22,502 bases of DNA. Origin: Ginkgo biloba. Lineage: Eukaryota; Plantae; Ginkgophyta. The stretch covers positions 52,871,603 to 52,894,104 of the forward strand of contig JANKJI020000002.1 of assembly GCA_024626585.2 (NCBI GenBank), read 5' to 3'. The translations under genes were made by a program, and so were the position numbers. Below are positions 11,698-22,502 of this stretch, one piece after another. The notes beneath the pieces were generated by a model. That model was not told the origin of the DNA. It worked only from the letters and a program-made list of their open reading frames with translations, and did no database searches. The stretch's first letter is position 1; each line of letters starts with the position of its first letter.

Positions 11698-11790
11698 TAA
11701 TAGAGGGATTGGCATCTAACACTCTCTAATGAAGCATATTATTTAAAAATAACCAGTATCTAATAATCATTAATTATAGTTTTTTACTCA

Positions 11791-12275
11791 AGTTATGTAG
11801 GTGACCATCTACATAACCCATGTAGGTACCTNNNNNNNNNNNNNNNNNNNNNNNNNNNNNNNNNNNNNNNNNNNNNNNNNNNNNNNNNNNNNNNNNNNNN
11901 NNNNNNNNNNNNNNNNNNNNNNNNNNNNNNNNNNNNNNNNNNNNNNNNNNNNNNNNNNNNNNNNNNNNNNNNNNNNNNNNNNNNNNNNNNNNNNNNNNNN
12001 NNNNNNNNNNNNNNNNNNNNNNNNNNNNNNNNNNNNNNNNNNNNNNNNNNNCTTGCATATAGAATGTAAGTATGTTTCCTATGTCTTGCATGTAGGTAGT
12101 AAATTATAGAGTTTGAGCAACTTGCATTACTTTTTAGTGTAATTAGTCACATATAAAGTAAAATTAGGTTAGTTATACCTCTGATGTAGGTGACCTATTT
12201 ACACATAATTTGAAGATAGACTACCTACAACACTAGTGAAAGAATCCATTACATAACTTAAAATACTACCTTCAT
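11791..12275. repeat. Cluster of ATGTAGGT/ACCTACA/ACCTTCAT motifs in both orientations, including a short hairpin
   Basis: GTTATGTAG-(8 nt)-CTACATAAC inverted repeat (11792-11817); ATGTAGGTACCT (11820); ATGTAGGTAG (~12090); ATGTAGGTGACC (~12184); CTACCTACA (~12221); CTACCTTCATG (~12266). A 220-N gap lies inside. Confidence 0.55.
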
Positions 12276-14739
12276 GACATTTGAAAATAAAATTGAATAA
12301 TAAGAATATCCCATAATACTCTATTAAATTGTATCTAAAAGGATATAATTGATATAAATTATATTAGAGCCCCTAATTACATCATATCATATATAGATGG
12401 ACATTATTTTATATAAATTATGTAATAAGATACATGATAAATAGAGAAAATAATGAGATAGAAAATATATGATTGCTTTGGAAGTTGATTTTGATTGTGT
12501 GCATGTGTGTACCATTGATCTATTTTGATCATTTGACTAGTAAGACTAATTATTTATCTATTTTGGCATCTCTTTTCACTTATCTTAAAGAGTGTACTTT
12601 AAAGTGATACATGAAGATTGTGTTCTAAAATTATCTTAGGGATTATGATTATTTTCCATTCATTTATAGTTACCAATTTGATAACTAAGACCATTAAGTT
12701 CACACTTTTTGTAAAAGCACACTTAATGCTTTTCTAGTAAATATTTTCACGAAGAACATTTGATAGCTAGTCATTGGAAATTTTCACTAAGCATAATGTA
12801 CCACCTTATAGCAAAAAAAATGAGAATTGTTATAACTTTGCCTTATCGTATAGAATTAGGAAAATATTTATGTAGATACTTTAAATAAGACATATTTACC
12901 ATTCTATCACAAAGCTTCTTCAATGTCTAAAATGTTATTAGTGTATTGAAAAGTATGAAAATCCAATAAGTGTGTAGATGCTCAAATGTATTATAAAAAA
13001 ATATATTTGTGGTGAGTAGAATATCATTTCTTGAGTTGTTTTTTACTCCTTAATATATGAAGGTAGTTAGATAAGGGAAAAAATTATGATGGGGATAGAT
13101 CAACGCCTTTCTTTTCATCATTTTTATGATAATTTTTTTTTCTTGTATCATTTATGTAATATTTCCCTTCCATTGATAAATACTTTGAAAATATTAATAA
13201 TAGTAAATCCTATAAGTGTCCTTACAATACTGAGTGCCTTTATTTAAACATCAATTTAGATTCTCATTTATGTAGTGGTCATCCTATGAAGTTGTACGTC
13301 CAAAATCATAAAGGTTGAACTACAACAATATACACCATTCNNNNNNNNNNNNNNNNNNNNNNNNNNNNNNNNNNTATAAAGATAAGGATGTGGACCCATT
13401 AATTATGCCAATCAAAGTGTGGGTTGAAATATAAGGATTCACACTACTCAACTTCATGCAATAAATATGCTATATTAAGTTAAGATATATAATGTGCTTT
13501 CCATAATAGAATTACTAAAATTTAATATGTATCTATTCATAGATGTCTAGGTCTCTTTCTACAAGAATATCCATTCATGACATCAGAGATCATGATGTGG
13601 TGTTGTGTATGGAATTGGTCTGATTCTGTCATAATCAAATTTATGACTATACAATATACTATTGCATTGAGTTGAAATGAGGATCTTTTAACATTTTAGA
13701 CTCATGCCACACCTACACCTGTTTTCTCATTAATGCACAACCATGCATTGAGTACAAACCACTTTAAAATCATGGTTCTTATTCTATTTAGAATCCACAA
13801 ATAAGAGGGTTTAATCATGTTGGTCAAATAAGAATTTATATTTACCTACTCTTAAGTATGTTTGAATTCCTACTAACTACAACCTAATACTTTATTCAAA
13901 TAATATATATCTTATTATTATATGGAACATGAGTTACATCAGTCAATTCATAATGTTATCTTATCAAAAGGATATATTTTCTTTTCTTGTACGTTAAGGG
14001 GACATAAATTTGTCTTAAGTGAGATAAGTTTTAACCCTTGCTCCCTATGGTCATATTTAGTTGATGACTTATGATTTGACCTATATCTTGTAGTTTTATG
14101 ATTAATGCTCATCAAAGTGATAAAGAAAATAATTAAATGATTCATAGGTTATACTAATAAGGAAACATATTCGATAGTTCACTTAGGTTAATCGTACAAG
14201 AATAATTCAATGTTCTAACTTCATAAAATTAGATAAACTATTAATTTCAAAGAACAAGTTAAATCAAGATAAGACAAAATTATTCCAATGATAATTTATT
14301 GACTCCTTAACATTGAATACAATATCATATGGAACTAGTATCTTATGTTACATATTAAGAAAATAAATACTAGATAGTAGTAATGTGACTCCCTAAAACT
14401 AGATAAATAATCAAGAATGAGGGAATTTATAGTAATTTTTTTGGCTACTATGATGTATTAATATTATAGTTTTTTTTTTGGTATGTGTGTATATAATTGT
14501 ATAAAAAGATTAATAATCTTCCTATCCATTTGGACCATATAATTTCATTGAGTTAAAATATAATACCAAAAAAATACTATCCAACCTAAAACATTTACAT
14601 ATATCCATCTAAGTATATAATAAAAAAGTATATCTAAATTATAATCTAAATATATTTATTATTAAAAGGTTATTTATCTAAATCATACTTAATCATGGTT
14701 AGATCAAAACTTAACTATGGTTCACTTAGTTATTAAGTA

Positions 14740-14890
14740 AAATATATATAGGTATACATGCACACATTATATATACATGTGCAATATATAATATATGTAT
14801 GTAATTTTATAGACATACATACATGGACATATATGTGAATGAGTGCACAAACATGTAATACACATGATATTTTAGTATTCACACACATAC
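14740..14890. repeat. Decayed TA/CA/TG alternating low-complexity tract
   Basis: ATATATATAGGTATACATGCACACATTATATATACATGTGCAATATATA...ACATACATACATG...ACACACATAC. Confidence 0.6.
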
Positions 14891-15744
14891 TAAAATATGA
14901 TTGACCATCATTCTTTTCATTTATTAGAATAAATTATAATTAAAGGTAAGATTTAGATTCAAACAAAGGAATTCCAAAAGTAAAAGAAAATACTATATAG
15001 GATAATATATTGTAGCAATAAAAGGTGTATATAATCACATTAAAGTTATATTTGAATAATAAAAAAATATTATTAATATTATTTCAACTATTATAAAGTA
15101 ACAAAATATTATTTTTTAAGAATGTTATTATGATTATTTTTGTTGAGTTCTACTAATGTAAAGACACACACATATAAAAAGCATTCATGCATACAATCTT
15201 GAATAGTTATCAAATAAAAAGGGAGCATTAAACCCTTAAACAAACTAAATTTCTTAATGTAAACATATTCAAGTTAAATTAAGAGTATCATACACATAAG
15301 TATAAACTTATGGTAAATAAATTTATAGAAAATAATACTTAATAATAATTTAATCATATCTATTAGTATCTTAATTTAATTTTAAAAATNNNNNNNNNNN
15401 NNNNNNNNNNNNNNNNNNNNNNNTTAATATAATTTTGTGTCGTTCCTTACATTTCATATGAAACATAGGCTCTACCTTATGTAAGCATTCAAAAATTCTA
15501 TATCCCATTTTAACAATAATAAACACCTTACCAAAATATTTATACAAGTGTTTAGAAACAAATAAAGATTCCACAAACAAGTGAAAATGTGGAAAATCAA
15601 AATCAAAGTAAAGCCATCTAACCTATGATTATTTTTCAAAATTCNNNNNNNNNNNNNNNNNNNNNNNNNNNNNNNNNNNNNNNNNNNNNNNNNNNNNNNN
15701 NNNNNNNNNNNNNNNNNNNNNNNNNNNNNNNNNNNNNNNNNNNN

Positions 15745-16165
15745 GAGATATATTGCAAGCTTTGGGAACTAAGATGAACTTCAATAGTGGGGATCACCCA
15801 CAACCAGATGGAACTGAGAGAGTGAACCAATGTTGAGATTACATGTTGCCACAAAACAGAGATTATGGGGGAAAAACTTCCATTTATGGAGTTTTCATAC
15901 AACAACAAAAACAATGTAGCTATAGGAATGAGATTGTTCAAATCTATGCATGGGCATAAGCCAATAATGACAATAAACATAGATCCCAAGAACATCACAA
16001 GAAGAACACAAGTATCATTATAATCGAGGAAATGCAAGAAGAGCTAAAATAGTTGAAGGCTAACTTGGAAAGAGCAAAGAAAAGCAAAGTTGTATGTAAA
16101 TCAAAAGAGGACACCAAGATTGTTCAAAGATGGAGATACGACATATTTAAGAGTTAATCCAAATG
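15745..16165 (+). pseudogene. Ty3/gypsy integrase C-terminal half, chromovirus-like
   Basis: DILQALGTKMNFNSGDHPQPDGTERVNQC (vs LGTKLNFSSAYHPQTDGQTERVNQ); KLPFMEFSYNN...IGMRLFKSMHG; EMQEELK*LKANLERAK...LYVNQKRTPRLFKDGDTTYLRVNP, after which homology stops abruptly. Confidence 0.85.
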
Positions 16166-16930
16166 CATAGATTCAAGACACATAGAGTCTCTAGTAAATG
16201 ACTTGAAGACTTTATGCAAAGTACTAAGAAAGCCCGAGGAAGATTTGAGAATCCATTGAGACTTGTTGAAGGCTTTAAGCCTAACAAACAAAATCAAATC
16301 TAACTAATAAAAGATTGAAAACATGGCTCCCGGCAAGAGCTTTGAAATGAGTGACTACAAGCCTATATGGAGGCAAGAATATAATGCAAAAGGGCTAAAA
16401 TAGATAAGAAAGCCTTAAAATGACTTACTAAGCTTACGAAAGGTTAGCAAACCCCACAAGACGACTAAGGGGTTAAGCCTTTCTAGCGACCTAAAGGGGT
16501 TTACACTATTCCAAATTACCATGAATTGATATAATCCACAAAACTATAAGAGCACACATGTGAATCATGCACTATATAATGAAAATCCATGCCACAAAGT
16601 CAAATAGATCACAATATAAAGATCATTATATCATAATGGAGCTCATTTTAGCCTAAGAAGTCACCAATGGACACATGTAAGTCCACAAAGGCATAAAATA
16701 AGAAAAATACTCTATAAAGATTAAAGTTCCCCTATATACTTAAAATGGGCCTCCTTAGGATAAAACCTAGACTACCTATTACTTTACACCTACATGGTGG
16801 TTACACTTATAAAATATGGGCCTACCACTTTTATGTGACATAACTAACATAATTAGACATAGTCTTATAAATTAATTTGGGGACATAATATGACATCCCA
16901 TTTGAACATGATTTACTCTCAAAGCATGTG
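16165..16930 (-). mobile_element. Probable 3' LTR with preceding decayed PPT region (gypsy), truncating the integrase relic
   Basis: The minus strand reads CATGCTTTGAGAGTAAATCATGTTCAAATGGGATGTCA|TATTATGTCCCC. This resembles the common gypsy end ...TGCTTGAGGACAAGCA...GGGAGG..|TGT(A/T)ATGTCCCC, placing the LTR start at 16890. The left boundary is inferred from where the integrase homology ends. Confidence 0.5.
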
Positions 16931-17299
16931 TCTCCATTATTTGAATAACATTTTTCATCTATAGGATCTCCACTAGGGGTTTATGAGTCTTCCTTTACTA
17001 TTTTTATATGCCATCCCTTCTTAAGATGATTTGGCCTCAAAGTATTGGTTTGCATATGCTTCTATCTTCATGTCTTGTTATTGTTTTCCTTCATTACGAT
17101 TCTTCCATCTCAAAATATTTATTAATTATGTTCTCTTCATAAAACTAAATTAGTGTTCTAATGATGTGCGTATCTAGTCAAGTTCCATTTGAATTGTTGA
17201 TAGTGAGGATTTCTATGTGGTTTCACATTTTTATCTCTTCCTTCTTATTTCATAATGGTTTATGTGCTATGAGGATCGTATGCATGCTTTTCCTTCATT

Positions 17300-18042
17300 T
17301 CTAATTGCTATAATATACTTTGCTAAGTAGATGGAGGCCATGCATTTGGCCATAATGGGTGATCAAATTATTGTTATGTTCATATTTAATTTAATAATTT
17401 ATTATTTTATAATTTTTAATGTCATTACTATAGATAATGGTAAATTATTCTATAATCATCATGTGGATGAACTCTTCCATAAGTTTGGGATTATATACCA
17501 GACATCATTACCTTATTATCCCTAAGCAAATAATCAAGCTAAAGTATTTAATAAAACCTTGGTGAAGATTTTATTAAAAACTATTAATAAATAACATGGA
17601 GACTAGCACTTGAAAATATTCCATATCCTATCAACATATAATACCGAGCTATAAATTAGTTAGAGGAATAACACCTTATGCCCTAGTACATTGAGAAGAA
17701 TAAGTACTCCTAGAAATTAAAATCCTTTTGTTTAGAAGTTTTATGAAGGAATTTGTTGATAAGGAATGGATGAGACAAGAATGACTAACAAAGCATGAGA
17801 AACTTGATGAAATATAACTTCTTGCCTAAAACATATCTAGGAATATAAAAATAGAACTAGAATTAACTACAAGAAAAATGTTAACCAAAAAATAATTTCA
17901 ATAGGTGATAAAGTGTTAAAGCTAAATTACCTATATGAAAAAGAGAAAAAATTCACACGTAAGTAAATAGATCTGTCCATCATCGTCGAAGGCCTTAAAA
18001 ATAGGGTATAATATGTCATAACATAAGAAGGGATAGAATTTT
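17300..18042 (+). pseudogene. Ty3/gypsy integrase relic, Tat/Ogre-like
   Basis: LIAIIYFAK*MEA...ITIDNGKLFYNHHVDELFHKFGIIYQTSLPYYP*ANNQAKVFNKTLVKILLKTINK*HGD*H (vs ATDYFTKWVEA...ITDNGxxF...STPYYPQxNGQAEAxNKTLxKILxK); later FQIGDKVLK...KFTRK*IDLSII (decayed GPY). Ends at the 100-N gap. Confidence 0.85.
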
Positions 18043-18142
18043 NNNNNNNNNNNNNNNNNNNNNNNNNNNNNNNNNNNNNNNNNNNNNNNNNNNNNNNNNN
18101 NNNNNNNNNNNNNNNNNNNNNNNNNNNNNNNNNNNNNNNNNN

Positions 18143-19418
18143 TTAGGAATGGAAAACCTTCTCATAGTGCTCATAGGGAACACTTGAGTAATACCTTGGG
18201 TGGATGTGGTTCTAGTGTTGTCTTATCTAATGGCCTAGATTTACTTTGAGGACTTGTTTTTCTTGAGTGCTTGGAATAAAATATTGTATGGTCTCTCCTC
18301 AAACATAATCTAGTGTAATATTTCCTATATTTGAGTTCCCTTGGCTTTTTTGGCATCATTATCTCTAGAGGAATGCATGAGTTTAGATTCCCTAGCTTGT
18401 AGGGCTTCGTTAAATAAAGATTCTTCTATTTTTTTAAAAACCTTAGAGAGATCCTTTTCAACTTTCCTATGTGAGTAGGCAATTTTCTTGACATAACCTC
18501 AAAGGTAGGAAGTGACTCTATTTATATATTGGTTCCACCAATCAATCAAACCACTGTCCCCTAGTAGTTTGGGAAGGAAAAGGAAGATGAGTTTGATTAT
18601 GATAAGATAACTAGGAAGTTGTAGGTGGGAGACATTCATCTTAAAGGTGGTATTTATTCTAGGCATTTTATTCTCTCCCCAAGCAATTTTGAAGGAGATG
18701 GGACTATGGTCCAATATATAGGCATGGTTTGTGACCTTAATTGGCCTTCCTAAATTACTTTGGAATCTAAAGAGATTATCCTCTAAGAGCATAACTCTAT
18801 CAAGCCTTTTGAGGATTTTATCATGATTATGCCTAAGATTTGACCAGGTAAACCAAGCTTCATGTGAAGAGTATTTTCAAAATATGTTGGGATTATATAT
18901 CCCTAGGCACCCCTTGAGCCCACACTTGCATTCCTTTCTTTTATGACCTAACTCAGAGGTTGACCCCCTAGATTTTCCTCCTTGTCCTATATCATGTTAA
19001 AATATCCATAGAGTGCCCAAGAAGTAGACAAAATTTTTTCTCTAAGACAAATTTTTTCTTTCTTTATGGATAGGTTTGGAGTGTAAATATTGGTTATTCT
19101 GAGGACCTTGTTATTTATAATTATCAAAATCTAGGTAACCCTTCTAGTGGGGTCAAGACCTCACTCTATTAATTTTTTTTCTAAGGAATGGGAGATTAAA
19201 ATGGAGACCACACTCTTCCCTTCTTGGTGAAGGGAGGAGAAGGAATATGGTCTAAGCCAAATTGATTGAATAGTGGTCTTGATTTTGAATATGACCACTT
19301 TGACCTCTTAGAGGTAGAGTACATCAAGCTTTTGGAAATCATCAACAAGCAATTTGACAAAAAAAATTCTACATGGGACCATGAGACCTTGTACATTCCA
19401 ACTAATCTAATTAATCAT
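18143..19418 (-). pseudogene. LINE ORF2 N-terminus: APE endonuclease relic
   Basis: MIN*ISWNVQGL; LDVLYL*EVK; NIYTPN; WALYGYFNMI (decayed GDFN); WFTWSNLRHNHDKILKRLDRV; LDHSPI (decayed SDHxPI); FKMN. All the APE motifs appear in order. Confidence 0.9.
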
Positions 19419-20770
19419 TAGGAGTGGGGTATACTTTTTACTTCCATTCCCTCATGTTCTAACAAGGTCTTGTCCCCTATAATATTAAAATCATTTTTTA
19501 ATAAAATATCACCCATGAGTCTCTTACCTTATGATTCAAAATATTAATCTAAGGTAACATGCTACTTGTCTTTCTTGGACATAATCTGAGAATACAACAA
19601 GATGGTGGTATTAAGAAGTAGAGGGGGATACCTCACTCTTTTCTTATAAGCCTTTTGCTCTATCCTAACCTTTCTTACAAACTTCCTGCACTGTAAGTTT
19701 TCTAGGGGATTTTAGTACTGCATCCTTAGCACCAACCACATCAACCTTAGGTGGGATTATGTTAGTTTTCACTACTCCAACATTTTTTGATGCATTGGGT
19801 TTTCCCTTAGGCTTAACCTTTTTCTACCCATATTCTTCAGATGAGGTTTGGGATGGTGATTGAATCTATGATGGAGGGGCATTATCAACTAGCTTATCTT
19901 GCTAGGTTTGGGTGGTATACTTCTTATTCAAGAGCGGGCAATCCTTAATCTTGTGATTAGTGCTATCATATGTGAAGAAAGTATTAGGGACATTCATATA
20001 CTTAAATTACTTCATGAATGTGAAGTCTCCACATTGGATATATAGCTCACATTTAAGCTCCTTTGAGAGGCCCACTTCTACACAGACTTATTAATGGGCC
20101 TTGGGTTTAAAACCCTGTGTGGATCATGAAAAATGAAGGTGCCTATTGGATCAACTATAGAGATTAGAAATTCCTAACATGGCATGGGGAGTCCTAAGAA
20201 TTTAATCTAAATTGGGCAGTTAAAGGAAACTTCTTTTTTTATGAAGAAGTTAGGAGACTAATGGCTCAACACCATGAGGTTCCTTTGACAGGTCCATGGA
20301 ACTCTAAGAAGAATCTCCTAGATCAGAGCTAGAGTTTCAAAAGTGAAATAGTAAAATATTTTGGTTAGGTATCGAATGAAAATAACTTTCCAACCATGGA
20401 TTTCTCATACTTAGTTAATCCAAGACATCAAGATAGACTCAAGAGGAGGACATCCCAAGAAATAACCTATTAGATTCCTAGTATAAATATTGAATAATAC
20501 AATATTTAAATGCTCAAAATTAATGAGTACATTAGGAGCATTAGACACACCTCATGGAATACTTTGGTTACAAATGTTTTGGGCCTCTTTGGCATTATAC
20601 AAATCTCCTTCATTATTTAACCTATAACTAGATTTAGAGTTTAGAAGTGCACTATCAAGGAAATGACCAAGGGGAATAATGGAAAATATATCTTCCATAA
20701 TTAGGGATGGTTTCCCAAAGGGTAACTTAATGGAGATAATAACTGAATTAATGGTTGAGGTAGTGGAAAA
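19418..20770 (-). pseudogene. LINE ORF1 relic (DUF4283-like region plus zinc knuckle)
   Basis: LIGYFLGCPP...SWIN*V*; ILLRVPW...VLSH*SPNF; CPI*IKFLGLP; NVPNTFFTYDSTNHKIKDCP (decayed CX2CX4HX4C, ~19935-19995). Confidence 0.8.
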
Positions 20771-22502
20771 TCTATAAGAAAATTTGAAAATTTTATGATG
20801 AATTGATCACCCTCAACCCGCATAGGTTCTCTTTATTCCTATTTCATCTTCCTTTGAAAAAATCTCCATATTCATATCCCTTATTAGTAATTACATTGTC
20901 AAAGTATCATATTCTGAGGGATATGATGATAAGAAAGAATCCATTCCATCCATAATCCTCCATTCTTAAGAAATTCTTCTTTACATGGAATCCTAAACCA
21001 GGGTATGATAAGAGGAAACTAGAAATTTCTAATAAAAAAAAAAAAATAACAAATGATTTTTGAAGAAAATAAGAAAAGCATTACAATGAGTATGAAAATA
21101 AATCAAGCAAATCTTGATTGACAATGAATTGAGGTGCATTTGAGAAGAAACAAGATGCTGCCATCAAGATTTTTATGTGCCCCAAAAAATTTAGAAAATT
21201 ACTTAAATATTTTATATAAAATAATGTTTATAAGAAGGTTGCTTAGAAATTAAGCACTTATGACCTCAAGTTTTAGGATAATCATAATATAATCCCAAGA
21301 TATATGAAGGGATATGGGATAGAAATTTATTGAATGAAAATTCCATGAACTATATACCAAAAATATGCTGTAAGGACATATGATTTTTAGGATGGTTCAT
21401 CAGAATTTCTAAAAGTAGGAAATATGTATGAACTTAATGTCACTTTCTAGGTATATATAACATTATTATTGTTAGATACATATAATCCTTGTAATGAAGC
21501 TGAAGGAGAAGAATAATTTGTTGCATGGGAATAAACAACTCAAGGTAAGCATAAAATTTTGTTAGAAGAAGCCAACAAAATTGGGACTTCTAAATCATAG
21601 GGGAGTTACAAGAGGAGAAGGATGAAAATCTTCTAGAAGACTCAAATTTTGATTTAGGAAATTTTAATCATCATAATAGTGATGATGAATTTTTAAATTC
21701 CACCAAAAAAAAGATGAACATGATACTGCAAGTTCAAAGGAGGCTAAGGAAAATACAATGGAAAGAGCCAAAAAGTAGTAAGAAGATATTTTGAATAATA
21801 AAAATAAAAATTTAGAACCAAAGGTTCATAATAAAACATAACAAAATAAAGATACAAAAGGAGATGATTCCATATTTTATAAAATAAAGCAACCAAAAGA
21901 GATAATAAAAACCACTTCAAAGAGGCAAGCTACTTCAACCAAAAGAATGTAGGGAAGCATTCCCTAGAATACAACTAGAGGAGGTGGATATAAATAACCT
22001 CTAAGAAAGAATAGAAAATATCTAAATCCCCATGAGGTAGAAATTGTATAAATTAAGGATGAGGAAGAAAATGAAGAAGAAAAATGGACTAATATATCTT
22101 CACAGACAAAGACAAATAAGTTTGTATTTAAAATAATAAAAAAAATAACACCAAGTGAATCAACACAAGATAATACTAAGTCACAAGAAACAACAAAGTT
22201 GTAATAAGTGTAAGATAAGATAAAGTTGTAAGATAATAAAAAAATCAATAAATAACATAAAGTCACAATAAAATATAAACTTTTTAGAAATGTAGCAAAA
22301 TGTTATCACTGGGTAAAGTAAAGCAATAAAGTCAACTATGAAAACAACTTAGGGGGAACAAAACATAGAAGTTCATGGTGATGTTACTATGAGAGAAAAT
22401 AAATCAATATAATAATCTCATATTCTATTGACCAAGCCTCTTTAGTCAATTCCTCTCATTACAAAGATGATTAAAATTGAATTAGATAAATTGATAGATT
22501 TC
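20770..22502 (+). pseudogene. Decayed ORF of unassigned family (probably a TE accessory ORF), running off the window end
   Basis: Strong A/G strand bias and long readable frames broken by isolated stops: LSTYDLKF*DNHNIIPRYMKGYGIEIY*MKIP*TIYQKYAVRTYDF*DGSSEFLKVGNMYELNVTF*, followed by an E/K/N/D-rich region and an 18-nt repeat near 22163-22280. The start is uncertain. Confidence 0.45.

Larger units (their letters stand above)
18143..20770 (-). mobile_element. L1-clade LINE, 5' part (ORF1 and APE endonuclease); RT not present before the gap
   Basis: ORF1 and ORF2 motifs are collinear on the minus strand (see sub-features). The 3' side is cut at the N gap 18043-18142. Confidence 0.85.

Noticed and set aside
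12231-12238. CACTA terminus (CACTAGTG)
   Set aside because: A short word expected by chance; no matching extended TIR or 3-bp TSD.
12515-12575. Mutator-like TIR (minus strand ATGCCAAAATAGAT...ATGATCAAAATAGAT)
   Set aside because: Only one end is visible; no partner TIR or 9-bp TSD was found.
14450-15644. Promoter or regulatory region
   Set aside because: Extremely AT-rich, so TATA-like words are ubiquitous, and there is no adjacent gene.
724-22266. ORF-track ORFs as functional genes
   Set aside because: All are 60-133 aa. They are stop-free pieces of TE relics (6628-6870, 17331-17525, 18499-18792), antisense or off-frame shadows of TE ORFs (e.g. 15636-16037, 19196-19396, 21964-22266, 8701-8892), unassignable short frames, or artefacts spanning N runs (724-912, 11774-12109, 15371-15580).
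1-22502. Prokaryotic RT-based system (retron, DGR, defence) or alternative genetic code
   Set aside because: The RT is LTR-type, in gag-PR-RT-RH-INT order. All three stop codons plus frameshifts interrupt the frames, which indicates decay and not recoding.

Overview
Very AT-rich (about 22-32% GC in the two lines I spot-counted), CpG-depleted eukaryotic DNA with many short N gaps. It reads as a heterochromatic transposon graveyard from a large plant genome; gymnosperm-like is my inference from element style, not something the sequence proves. I find no intact gene, RNA gene or CRISPR array. Hand translation through stops and frameshifts shows, in order: a hAT-family (ZNF862/DUF4371-like) transposase relic (+, ~258-1150); LTR-like pieces and an Athila-type Ty3/gypsy RT fragment (-, ~1.8-2.4 kb); a probable solo LTR (2390-3117); a degenerate ~42-bp tandem array (4687-5045); a near-complete dead Athila-like Ty3/gypsy element (-, ~5.1-11.7 kb, with LTR, tRNA-Asp-type PBS, gag, protease, RT, RNase H and integrase); an unassigned stretch (12.3-15.6 kb); two more gypsy integrase relics of different lineages (chromovirus-like and Tat/Ogre-like) with an LTR between them; an L1-clade LINE (-, ORF1 plus APE endonuclease, cut at a gap); and a long decayed ORF of unknown family running off the right end. 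I do not see a convincing novel functional system. The leads worth following are the unassigned decayed ORF, the ATG(A/T)AGGT repeat family on both sides of the Athila element, and the strong all-context C-to-T decay. Coordinates are approximate, usually to tens of bases.
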